From Tetramitus jugosus (lineage: Eukaryota > Protista > Heterolobosea), in NCBI GenBank assembly GCA_937625935.1, contig OW569379.1:248001-312000 (forward strand): 64,000 nt of DNA, written 5' to 3'. Every line of letters starts with the position of its first letter. Positions within the stretch are counted from its first letter, which is position 1. The position numbers and the translations under genes are program-made. The notes beneath the pieces are model-generated. The model was given only the letters and a program-made list of their open reading frames with translations. It did no database searches and had not been told where the DNA came from. Below, one piece after another: positions 1-10,269 of the stretch.

Positions 1-1187
1 ACAAGGTGGATTCTTTGGTTGTTGGTCCTTTTAAAGCCGATCCCATATTTCTGAAGGCTCTCTCTCAAGGATTTAAAGAATTTGTGGACAAGTCATTCTC
101 CACTATTTCTACATCCAAAGTCAAAGTTGCTCAGTTATTATCTTTTTATTGCGATGATTTGTTACGGAAGAAGGAGGAGCGTTTGGAGGATCGCATTGAA
201 CGGGTTGTCAAGTTTGTTCAGTTCTCTAATGACCAGGATTTGTTCTTCGAGGAGTACCGCAAACAGTTTGCCCAGCGGTTGTTATCTTCTAGCTCGTTTA
301 GTGGAACAGAAGAGAGGGGTGTTATCTCCAAACTCAAGGCACAGTTCCGTGGCGTTGGAGATGTTTACAAGCTCGAGAAGATGTTGTCTGACAAGGAGCT
401 TGCTTCAGAGATGAAACTTAGCTTCGAGCAATACGTAGAAGGAAAGGAACTTACGGTTCCGTATGACTTATCAGTATCCGTTCTTACCACGGGTTCATGG
501 CCTATAACTGTTCAACCACCGATTCGTCTCCCCAAAGATCTATTAGACGCTCAGAACGTATTCGTTGAGTTTTACAATTCAAAATTTAGTAAGCGCTCCT
601 TGAAATGGGCATATAGCAAGGGATTCATACAATTAGAGGGATTATATTCATCGGGCAAGAAACTTTTTGAGTTATCAACTCATCAAACTTGTGTATTGCT
701 CATGTATAATCGTGCTAATGAGTTTTCAGTGGCTGAGATGATGGAGGAGACTGGTATTCCTTTGGACGAGATTCAGAACACTGTTGTTTCACTATCCACC
801 AAGAGTTGCAAGGTGCTCTCATTGACAAAAGGAGACAAATCGAAATCAAAGCCCACACCTGATACAACCTTCTCCCTGAATGAAGATTTTGAACACAAGC
901 TCCATAAAATCAAGATTCCCACTGTGAGGATAACAGATGAAGAAGTCCAAACTTCTCAAATAACTGTCAGCCAGGATCGAGTGTGCGTTTTAGATGCCGC
1001 AATTGTTCGAACAATGAAGACAAGAAAGGTCATTACCATGAATCAGCTTATCACTGAGATCATCTCTCAGGTCAAAGCGAGGTTCAATGCTGAAACAAAG
1101 CAAATCAAGAAACGTATCGAAAGTTTAATGGAGAGGGAATACATGCAACGAAGTAGTGATGGTCAAACTCTGGAATACATGGCATAA
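1..1187 (+). CDS. Cullin family protein, C-terminal part (5' end outside window)
   Basis: Cullin homology motifs (DQDLFFEEYRKQFAQRLL, VLTTGSWP, RSLKWAYSKG) and C-terminal neddylation winged helix (LDAAIVRTMKTRK...IKKRIESLMEREYMQR...YMA). Confidence 0.95.
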   Translation, partial: KVDSLVVGPFKADPIFLKALSQGFKEFVDKSFSTISTSKVKVAQLLSFYCDDLLRKKEERLEDRIERVVKFVQFSNDQDLFFEEYRKQFAQRLLSSSSFSGTEERGVISKLKAQFRGVGDVYKLEKMLSDKELASEMKLSFEQYVEGKELTVPYDLSVSVLTTGSWPITVQPPIRLPKDLLDAQNVFVEFYNSKFSKRSLKWAYSKGFIQLEGLYSSGKKLFELSTHQTCVLLMYNRANEFSVAEMMEETGIPLDEIQNTVVSLSTKSCKVLSLTKGDKSKSKPTPDTTFSLNEDFEHKLHKIKIPTVRITDEEVQTSQITVSQDRVCVLDAAIVRTMKTRKVITMNQLITEIISQVKARFNAETKQIKKRIESLMEREYMQRSSDGQTLEYMA

Positions 1188-1377
1188 ATTTTATTTATAA
1201 ACTCGCGTCACTAGTCTGAGGTTAATCTTTAATTCACGCCATAGACTTATTTATTGTACAACAAATGATTCTTCCATCCCTTGAAGAACAATTGTCTCGG
1301 CTCGATAGTGCCAATGTACCGTCAAGCTTGATTCAAGGATGAGAATCAACAACTTGCAGCAAGTTGGATACCCGACC

Positions 1378-3270
1378 TTAATTTGTCGCAAAAGCTTGTC
1401 TTCTCAATGTTGATCCGCTAGGACTACGCTGCAAAAGTGGAACGAGCCATGGAGCACGGGCAGCAATGAATAACTTGAGTTTGAGTGAGAAATAATCTTT
1501 CATGCACATTAATCGGGTCCACAACCCTGGATTCTTCTCTAATCGATCCATATTGATACCTCTCATGGCATACTCAGCAAATGTTACAAAATAGTTCACT
1601 GGAATTCCAAGATCCATTTGTATAGCTCTCAGCAACTCATTGTTCTTCAACAACAGCAACAGTTTTCTGTCCACTCCGGACAAGATTTGTGTCATGGCAA
1701 AGAAATTATCTTGGCCATACTGTTTGAGTCGCCTAATTTCTTCTGAGGATACATCTCCGCTCATTGCAAAATCGCTCTTGTCATAACTTCTCGATGTAAC
1801 CATAACAATGAACAGCTCAAAGTTGGAGATGCCAAGACTAGTTCCTATCTTCTTCATTGTTTCATCATCTCTTTCGATAATTGCCTTCCACAGATGGGCA
1901 TAATCAGAGCGGAGAGCGGGATCCAACTCTTGGTACAATCCATGATCCAGAATAACTAATTGCAGTTCATTTGAATTGGCGTCACGTCTCACACGAACAT
2001 TACCTGCGTGTTGATCACAATGAACAAAGCCCTGAATAAACGTCTGTTCACAAACCACTTCTGTCAATAGTTTTGACACTTGTGCCGCATCGGCATTCAA
2101 TTGATTCAACCCGATTCGATCATTTGCTCTCACTCCTTCTACGAACTCCATTGTTAGAATCTTTCGGCTCGTGGCATGCCAATAAATCTTTGGACACTTG
2201 ACACGATTCTTAAAGTTCGAGAGCAACTGACTCAATCGCTCACAGTTGGAACCTTCTTCCAAAAAGTTCATCTCGTGCGGAATGTTAATCTCAAACTCGT
2301 CCAATAACCATTGCAGTCGCAAATCCTTGAAAAAGTACTCTGCAGTGGTAATCAACGTACGGAACGTTTTCGAATCACTCTCCACTTGCTTCTCCAGATT
2401 GGGATACTGAACCTTGACAGCCACTTGTTCTCCATTGTGCAAACGAGCCTTGTACACTTGAGCCAAGGAGGCAGCAGCAATCGGATTGGTGTCAAACTCT
2501 GAAAAGAACTCTTCGAGGCCTGCACCAAACTCATCTCTAAACATGTGCTCAATCTCTGACCACGGTCTTGTTAGTGCCTGATCCTGACACGGTTGCATCG
2601 TCGTTGTATATTCCAGGGGCAAAATTTGATTGAGCGAGGCAATGTGCTGTCCAGCCTTTATAAAAATTCCACCGTTCGCAAGGCACAAGTTCAATAGGCG
2701 CTCAGCAGACTTTTTGTGCACGCGTTTCATTCGCGTGTTACGTTCTTGTTCCCCTGTGACTCCCCACAGTGAATACTTGTAGTCAAAGATGATGAGACCA
2801 ATGGTTACAAACGATCGAACGACACGCAATATCGATCTCATAAAATTAGGCAACAAATCAATCAGAGTACTGTTGGGAGACAAGATATCCCTCAGTGCTA
2901 CAATCACCATGACTCCACCAATGCACAACAACAAAAAGGCCACTTTTTTCGGGTTGCGCAACACTGTTCCAATCACAGAGTTTTTCCGCGAGCGATACTC
3001 TTCTTCCCAACTACTCTTACTACCCCTACTACCACTACTACTACTACTACCATGATCACTACCATCAGCAGATGCATTGGACATGGTCAAGGGAACGTAC
3101 ACTGGAATCTTGCGCATTGGAAATTTGTACTTGTAATCGAGGACATAACGCTTGCCATCTCGAATGAAAGACGGTTCATAGTCCACTACTTGATGATGAT
3201 GATGATGATGATGATTGTTGTTGTTGTTCTTGATTGTTGATTCACTCTTCATGTCCTGTTCTTCTTCTGC

Positions 3271-3302
<32 letters not shown>

Positions 3303-3492
3303 GATTGAGTGTAGCAGAGGTGTTTGTGTGAAAATTGTGTGTCATCAGTGGTGAACCCAATGTATTGGTGGATGGATGAGGAGATATTATTGATGATGAT
3401 GGAAGGTGTTGGCGGTGGAAACGTGTGTTGAGAATGGTGGTGGGGGAACGTTGACACCATCTATGATGATGATGATTCAACAAGCGATGCAT
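1378..3492 (-). CDS. ADCK1: ABC1/UbiB atypical kinase, ADCK1-like, probably mitochondrial
   Basis: NGGIFIKAGQH (KxGQ), PIAAASLAQVYKA, VAVKVQYP, FVHCDQHAGN and ILDHGLY motifs; Arg/His-rich presequence-like N-terminus and one hydrophobic segment. Confidence 0.88.
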
Positions 3493-3592
3493 TGTGATGA
3501 GAAAAAAATAATTGATCGTGTTTTGTTTTTGTTTTGATGAGATTTGTTGTTGACAGCGGAGAATCGGGCAACTTTGTTCAGCCGATTTTCAT

Positions 3593-4921
3593 TTACGGAA
3601 TGACCGAGGATTGTTCTGCCCGATGGTCAAAAGAATTCATTTCGTCCATTTCTTCTAGTGGAGAGGAGGAGTTGGTATCCTTGTTTGCACCGTTGTGATC
3701 GAGCATGGTCAATTGTTCAAGTTTTTTCGACAGTGCATCAATCTGATTTTCCAGTTCTTGAATCCTCTTGTCCTTCTCTTTAAAGACGATTGGATCAACT
3801 TCTATTTTACTGGGTAACGGAAAGACAGGCAATGTTTGATGCATAGATGTGACTCTTGGGGTTATAGACCCTTCTTCGAGTATCTCTGTTCGAATGGGTG
3901 GTGGCATCGAAAATTTGTTCTTCATCAATTCGTTGTGCAAGTAGTTCGAATAGTTTTGAGCACTGAGTAACTGTTGTCTTAACTTTTCATTGGAGTCTCT
4001 CAGTTCAGAGTTTTGGGATTGAGCACGAGAGTACATTGATTGAACATTTCGGAAACTTGATTCCAGAGTCGACACTTCAGACTTGAGTCGATGAAGTTCT
4101 AAATTGCGTTCTGCGATATCTGATTCCAATTGTTCGTTTGTTTTCTGTACTACTTCAATAGAATCATATCTATCGTTCTTTGTCTTTAACAATCGTTTCA
4201 ATTGTTCTATTTCCTGCTCCTTATCCCAATTTGTGTTTCTCAGTTCGTGAACTCTCTTTTCCAGAACCCTTGTGAACAAAGTGGTAGTTAGGTATGCAGT
4301 TCTCTTCAGTGATAATCACTTGATTTCTACATACTTGATATAAATATCAGAATCAGCTCGAGTTTCTACTGGAGACTTGTCGGTAGCATTAACTGGTCGA
4401 CTAGTTGGGTCACTCTCAATATCCCTAATCAACTCGATTTTGTCATTCAGTTCTTTGGACAAGAGCTCTATGGATTGAATTAAGCCCTTCTTCGATGTTG
4501 ATGATTCGTTGAGCTCTGATTTATCGAACACAAGCTCCTTGTTGAGTTGAACTCGGTACTGCACATCGTCTAATGCAAACTGAATCAAGTCTCCATCCAC
4601 AATAGTAATTTTCCTATTCCCATTGAGAGCCATGTAATTCACCATTGTTCCGTTGGTGGATCTCAGATCTCTCAGCATACACACATATTGAGTGTTGGTG
4701 GATCTATCCGAGATAAATTCGATTACTGCATGTCTTCCAGAGACGCTAGGGGACTATCACAAATGGAGAGTGAGTCATTCACAATCGAGGAATGGACAAC
4801 ATTTCTAATCAAAGAAAATACTCACTTGAATTACAACATCACAGTATCTGTCTCTTCCTATAAGACAACTCTCTTTGTTCAGTTCGAAGAGAATGTTGTT
4901 AGCTCGAAGATATCCAAACAT
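3593..4921 (-). CDS. FHA-domain coiled-coil protein (3 exons: 4921-4826, 4753-4335, 4268-3593)
   Basis: Removing introns 4825-4754 (GTGAGT..TAG) and 4334-4269 (GTATGT..CTAAC..AAG) gives MFGYL...LIGRDRYCDVVIQSPSVSGRHAVI...LRDLRSTNGTMVN, a complete FHA signature (GR, SxxH, NGT), followed by heptad-rich coiled coil. Confidence 0.88.
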
Positions 4922-5062
4922 TTGAAAGAATCGGTTTGCATGGGTAACTTCGGTTAGGCCGGAAAATAAAACTTGAGAAATGGCGGTTGTGTAGCTCCAT
5001 AGTCGAACAGGTGAACTTTCTTGTACTCTTTCGACCAGTAAAAATGGCTATGAAACTGAACT

Positions 5063-6451
5063 TTAATGGGCAGTGATGACCTCAACATCAGTATAGGCCT
5101 TTCTGGCTCTTGATATCAAATAAAAGTGTCGGTGAATATAAGAGATCGGCTTTCCCACGATAATATTCATGTCTCCATAGTATCCACAGTATATTGCTAG
5201 AATTTCTCTATTGCCTCGTTCAAGTTTGAATTGAGACAAATCCATTGGAGTGAGCACATGTATATTTCTTTGGTAGGAATACGCTTCTATTCCGTTGATA
5301 ACAAAAAATGATTGGGTATAGCTATTGGTATATTGAATCGTATCACCAGGAGCAATAAATGTTTCCTCTGTGGCACTGAAGAGGGTGTTTCCTGCATGAC
5401 TCATCTCAGAACCTTTTGAACTATACACTTTTGAATCAGTGCTCAGAAATGCAGAAGTAAAATAGCTATTCTGGGTGATGAGTAGTGATTGAATTGTGGG
5501 TACAGGGGAGTTTTTAGGTATCGCTTGCGTCATATTAGTTAGAGTCAACTTGCTTCCATCCCCAGAGAATCCTAATTCTACGGATTGAAATGGCAGAAAA
5601 GTTTAGAACAAAACAGTCAAGCTCAAAAAGAAGATTCCAAAGATTACTAATCACTACTTACGATTGTTAGAACTTGAACCACAACCATACAATTGATTAT
5701 CAGTTGTTAATACCATCCAATATCTAAATCCAGCACGTACTTCCTTAATTATCTTTCCATTGAGTATTCCTTGCTCGCAAATGAGTTGGTATCCATCGGA
5801 TGCCCCATTCTGCTGATCACGACACAATTGACCTCCGTTCTGTTCTCCGCATGTAAAAATGTAGCGATTATCGAGTACAATGACCCAAAAGTAATAACCT
5901 GCACTGATATGAGTAATTCTGTGCTGTCTCGGAACATCAGATCCGTCATCATTCTGGTTGCAGGCCAAGAAGTCGATGGGCACTCTTTGGGGAAACGCAA
6001 TATTGTGTTGTCTGCACTGGTCCAACAGATTGTCCACAGTGAGCAACAATGACCAACCAGATTCGCTCGGTATGTTACTAAGCACACCCATGGAGTTACT
6101 TCCACCTCCCCACAACTCTCTGCCATGGTTCACAAGTGCAAGAGAGTAGAAACCACCACAGTCGATCATGTCAATTGTGTTCCAAGACTTCATACTTGGA
6201 GATTGCAGCTTGTACCAGCCATCTGGAGTTGCTGAATTGTCAAGGTTTTTGGGCACAACTGAAGAGCTGTTCTCACCCCAAGAGTACACCTGGTTGTCAT
6301 TTGTCAGAATAAGGACGTGATTGGTGCCACCAACCATCTGTACAATGCGGCTGTCTGGTGACCCAAGATCCAAGATGCGCAACTTGGGGTCAGGTTTGTC
6401 CTGATATTTAAAAGAATAGTGTTCCAGGATGTGGTGTGGCAATATGCTCAT
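5063..6451 (-). CDS. RCC1/BLIP-II repeat protein (exons 6451-5662, 5577-5063)
   Basis: Repeats such as GGTNHVLILTNDNQVYSWGEN, CGGFYSLALV...WGGGSN and AGFRYWMVLTTDNQLYGCG; intron 5661-5578 (GTAAGT..TAG) restores NNQLG in frame. Confidence 0.85.
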
Positions 6452-6495
6452 GATGTTTGTTTCTTGGTTCGAACGGAGTTCGAAAAGGATTAATT

Positions 6496-6568
6496 AGGCT
6501 CCTACGAGACTCGAACTCGTGACCTCTGTCTTACTAGGACAGCGCACTGCCACCTGTGCTAAGGAGCC
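6496..6568 (-). tRNA. tRNA-Thr(AGT)
   Basis: Reverse complement GGCTCCTTAGCACAGGTGGCAGTGCGCTGTCCTAGTAAGACAGAGGTCACGAGTTCGAGTCTCGTAGGAGCCT folds as a cloverleaf: acceptor GGCTCCT/AGGAGCC, anticodon stem CTGTC/GACAG with loop CT-AGT-AA, T-loop GTTCGAG; TTTT about 10 nt downstream. Confidence 0.96.
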
Positions 6569-6610
6569 CTGATATTTCCTTTTCAGGACACTGTCCCAAT
6601 ATGTCTATTT

Positions 6611-7672
6611 ATTTTTTGGTGTGCTAAGCTCCTACATGAATCCAACATCACCATCGGAGATGCTTCTCTGCATGAGTGTCAAGGATGCAATGTGGCTTTT
6701 CATCTCCCCTTAAGTGAAGCTAGAGTCCTCAAGGCAAACGGAGTGCACAGGAACGAACAGCTATATTATGAAGATAGCATCATGTCTTATGAGAAGGCAA
6801 AGAGTCTCTACGGACTAAAAGGCTTAGGACCCAAGAAGTACCGACATGTTCAGTTCTACATGGAACTGTCGGGAGCTCCGTGCACCCGGGTGAATGCTCC
6901 AACAACCGAAATCGTCCACGAACTCTTCATTGATGGAGTCCGAACCGTGGATATCCATGCCAGGACTCATCTGACTAATTCCCATCGACGAAAAAGAGAA
7001 AAAGAGATCTTGAGTAACAGTATGTGGTGACTTGACGCAGAACTCACGAAATGGAATGGATGGAATGCTTTTCTGAAGTGTCCTTTTGGTCTAGACAGAA
7101 GAGATCTTTGGTTTTATCATCAGGTGAGGAGTGGCACCTTGCATACGCTCTCAGTGATGCAGGGTTTATATGGAGGCATTCATGGCGCGAAGTGCCCTTG
7201 TTGTGGAGAGGATGATGATACAATCACCCATCTTTTGGTTGAGTGTTCATCTGCACAAGAAGTCAGAAAGAGAATATGTGTGTCAGTGGTTGATAAACTC
7301 AACAGATTAAGGTTGCCAAAAGACACCAAGGTGGAACTCTGGTTCGACAGTTACTTGTACTGTAATGGTAGCTTGATCAAAAGAAATGCTACCATGACCT
7401 CACATGATATTCTGGCTGGTCTGATGGGGAAGGAGGGAGAGACAAGGGAGGATATCCTCAATGCTCTCGTAAAGACAGGATGCAAAAAGAAGGTCGCAGA
7501 AAAAAGGGCTGCGAGTGTAATTGACCGCACCAAGAGGGAGTGTATTAAAGAGCTGCACAAGTTGTTCATCACGTCTAAGGAGAGGTGGAGGGAAACGATG
7601 CTCTGCACCGTGCCGGTGCAGAGCAACACAACAACTACTAGTCCTCATGGACTTGACAGGGTAAGGAAGTGA
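6611..7672 (+). pseudogene. C-terminal fragment of retrotransposon ORF2 (zf-RVT-like CX2C...H...C motif)
   Basis: ORFs 6692-7030 and 7124-7672 share one frame and are separated by a single TGA (7028-7030); contains RSGTLHT...KCPCCGEDDDTITHLLVEC; RT and endonuclease domains are absent (truncated). Confidence 0.85.
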
Positions 7673-7703
7673 ACAAGCGCTCTGCACCGTGCCGGTGCAG
7701 AGC
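7599..7703 (+). repeat. Two identical GC-rich hairpins at the retroelement 3' end
   Basis: GCTCTGCACCG-TGC-CGGTGCAGAGC at 7600-7624 and 7679-7703, each a perfect 11-12 bp inverted repeat with a 3-nt loop. Confidence 0.9.
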
Positions 7704-8187
7704 AGCATCACTACCAGTAACAAGGTGAAATGAATAAAGAGGCAACTCATGTTGTATGGAAAAAAAAAAAAAAAAAAATATGTCTATTTTTAAAACGCAG
7801 AAAAAACGGGATCACATGTCCGGTGATTCAACAAAATTGGTGAAGGAATACGGCAACAGTTATGCAGTGTGGACCACTGCACGGAAGGCTCTGCCCGAGT
7901 GACTCGGAGACAGAGAGGTCGTCATTACTGGCAACGGAAATGGTGTCTCTCAGTCATCTCTGGCGAGAAAGATAGGAGAGGAGTTTGGTCCAAGTCCAAG
8001 TCATCGAGAGGAAAGCCCAGCAACGCTTTGTTGGGTAACGGTGACCCAGAGCCACTTGTCCAGTGTTTGCTAGAGTCAAAAAGGAAATTGCTGTATTGAC
8101 GCTGCAAGCAAAAGAACAACCTGGTGGCATCTATCCCGAATTCGACTTTCGGCCGGAGGAGAATTTTCAAGAGGGAAAAAATCACCC

Positions 8188-10236
8188 ATGAACATCAACA
8201 ACAAACAAAACATGTCGAAATTGGTCTCAAGCTTTGGTTCCTGGAAATCACCCATCACAAGTGATCTGATTGTTCAATCAGCAATACGTCTCATGGGTCT
8301 GTACACCACTGTGGATCCTGCCAACAACAACTCCACTGATCTCTACTGGTTGGAGTCAAGACCAAAGGAACAAGGTCGTTATGTGCTCGTAAAGCATCAG
8401 GCACAACATGGAGGAGAGATTGATGTCAACTTTGATCAGGATGTCAATATTCGAACAACGGTTCACGAGTATGGTGGTGCTCCCTTGGTGTTTGCACAGT
8501 CGTCGTCCTCTACAGGTGCTCCTCTCAAAATGTTCTATTCCAACTTCAAGGATCAACGACTGTACAGCTATCAAGTGGTGCTGGATGAACAAAAGAAGGA
8601 GGCACCTGTGCCATTGACACCTGTTGGTTATCGATATGCTGATGCTGTCTTGCATCAAAAGAGAAACTTGCTGTTCTGTGTGAGAGAGGATCACACAACT
8701 GGTGCAAAGGAGCCAATCAACACAATTGCTTGTGTGGACGCTACTACTGGAGAGCAGTTTGTGGTGGCACAAGGCGCTGATTTCTACAGCAGTCCAAGAT
8801 TGAATCCATCAGGGAATCAGCTGTGTTATGTGCAGTGGAATCATCCAAATATGCCATGGGACAACACTGAGTTATACACTGTTAATTTGGATGAGAAGGG
8901 TCATCCTATTGAAGATACAAGAACCAAGGTAGCAGGGAACGGAGATGAAGCTGTGATGAGTCCACTGTACTCTCCATCGAATGGCATCCTGTACTTTGTG
9001 ACTGATCGTAGGAACGGTTGGTGGAACATTCATCGCTGGTCCAATAATCAAGTCGAGTGTGTGTATGATTTGGATGCTGAAATTGGTGGACCTGCATGGT
9101 TGTTCGGTAGTCAACCATTCCTGTTTGTCAATGAAGATTTGATGATTGTGCAATACGGTCAAGGACTGGGTAAGATTGGTTATTTGAACATTTCAGAGAA
9201 GAAGTTGACTGAAATCGAAACTGGCTTTGCGCATGCTGGTAGTGATGATATTGCCCTGTCAGGAGACAAGAAAACATTGTACTTCTTGTCTGGATCTCCA
9301 ACCATGGGTCGCAGTGTTGTTCAGTTTGACTTGGAGACCAAGAAGGCTGTTGTCCTCAAGAGCTCATTCTCAGTTGATATTGATTCTCAGTACTTCTCTG
9401 TTCCTGAGACCATTGAGTTCCCTACAACAAATGGTTTGACTGCCTTTGGATATTTGTATCGTCCGAAAAACAAGGACTATCAAGGTCCCGAGAATGAGAG
9501 ACCACCCCTATTGGTGAAGATTCATGGCGGTCCAACAGCTCAAGCTTCCGCTACTCTGAGATTAGAGCTTCAATACTGGACTTCTCGTGGCTTTGCTCTT
9601 TTGGACGTCAACTATGGTGGATCTACAGGATATGGTCGTGAGTACAGACATCGATTGTATAATGGAAACTGGGGTATTGTAGACGTTGATGATTGCTGCA
9701 ATGCTGCAGAATACTTGGTGAAAACAAATGAGGTTGATGGATCCAAGTTGTGCATCGATGGTGGAAGTGCTGGTGGTTACACTACTCTTGCCTGTCTCGT
9801 TTTCAAGAACACTTTTAGCACTGGAGCTTCTCACTATGGTATCTGTGATCTAGAGGCACTAGCACATGATACCCACAAGTTTGAAGCCAGATATTTGGAT
9901 AACTTGGTGGGCAAGTACCCTCAAGAGAAACAGAAGTACTTTGATCGTTCACCAATCAACTTTACTGATCGATTGAACAAACCAATTGCTCTTTTCCAGG
10001 GAGACCAAGACAAGATTGTTCCACCCAATCAAGCTGAAATGTTCTACAATGCCGTATTGAAAAAGAACTTGCCTGTTGCATACTTGTTGTTCGAAGGAGA
10101 ACAACACGGATTCAGAAAGGCTGAAAACATCAAGAAAGCATTAGATGGAGAGTTCTCATTCTACGCTCAAATGTTTGGCTTCGAATCTCCTGACATTGAA
10201 CCTATCACCGTCCAGAACTGGTTACAAAAACAATAA
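8188..10236 (+). CDS. Peptidase S9 family (acylaminoacyl/dipeptidyl peptidase-like)
   Basis: N-terminal FGSWKSPIT, beta-propeller region, HGGPT, nucleophile GGSAGG, QGDQDKIVP (Asp) and EGEQHGFR (His). Confidence 0.93.
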   Translation: MNINNKQNMSKLVSSFGSWKSPITSDLIVQSAIRLMGLYTTVDPANNNSTDLYWLESRPKEQGRYVLVKHQAQHGGEIDVNFDQDVNIRTTVHEYGGAPLVFAQSSSSTGAPLKMFYSNFKDQRLYSYQVVLDEQKKEAPVPLTPVGYRYADAVLHQKRNLLFCVREDHTTGAKEPINTIACVDATTGEQFVVAQGADFYSSPRLNPSGNQLCYVQWNHPNMPWDNTELYTVNLDEKGHPIEDTRTKVAGNGDEAVMSPLYSPSNGILYFVTDRRNGWWNIHRWSNNQVECVYDLDAEIGGPAWLFGSQPFLFVNEDLMIVQYGQGLGKIGYLNISEKKLTEIETGFAHAGSDDIALSGDKKTLYFLSGSPTMGRSVVQFDLETKKAVVLKSSFSVDIDSQYFSVPETIEFPTTNGLTAFGYLYRPKNKDYQGPENERPPLLVKIHGGPTAQASATLRLELQYWTSRGFALLDVNYGGSTGYGREYRHRLYNGNWGIVDVDDCCNAAEYLVKTNEVDGSKLCIDGGSAGGYTTLACLVFKNTFSTGASHYGICDLEALAHDTHKFEARYLDNLVGKYPQEKQKYFDRSPINFTDRLNKPIALFQGDQDKIVPPNQAEMFYNAVLKKNLPVAYLLFEGEQHGFRKAENIKKALDGEFSFYAQMFGFESPDIEPITVQNWLQKQ

Positions 10237-10269
10237 TTCTTGTAGTTGTCACAAAATAAATAATGATGT

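Larger units (their letters stand above)
6611..7778 (+). mobile_element. 5'-truncated non-LTR (LINE-type) retrotransposon copy
   Basis: A19 tail at 7760-7778 preceded by AATAAA (7733-7738); flanking direct repeat AATATGTCTATTT at 6598-6610 and 7777-7789; reading frame open from the 5' junction and encoding the CCHC zinc knuckle typical of ORF2 C-termini. Confidence 0.9.

Noticed and set aside
1266-1348. Imperfect inverted repeat between the convergent cullin and ADCK1 genes
   Set aside because: It needs several gaps to pair and has no TSD or recognisable RNA motif; probably chance.
4688-4957. 89-aa plus-strand ORF
   Set aside because: It is antisense to exons 1-2 of the FHA gene, which explains the region.
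7028-7030. In-frame TGA in the retroelement ORF as evidence of an alternative genetic code or selenocysteine
   Set aside because: TGA, TAA and TAG all terminate ordinary genes in this window, and the copy is truncated, so a nonsense mutation is the simpler explanation.
7599-7703. Palindromic direct repeats as a CRISPR array
   Set aside because: Only two units, inside a retroelement 3' end in a eukaryotic locus, with no cas genes.
8188-10236. Recent bacterial HGT of the S9 peptidase (likewise the homocysteine methyltransferase and 6PGL)
   Set aside because: These families are widespread in eukaryotes and composition matches neighbouring genes; not supportable without a phylogeny.
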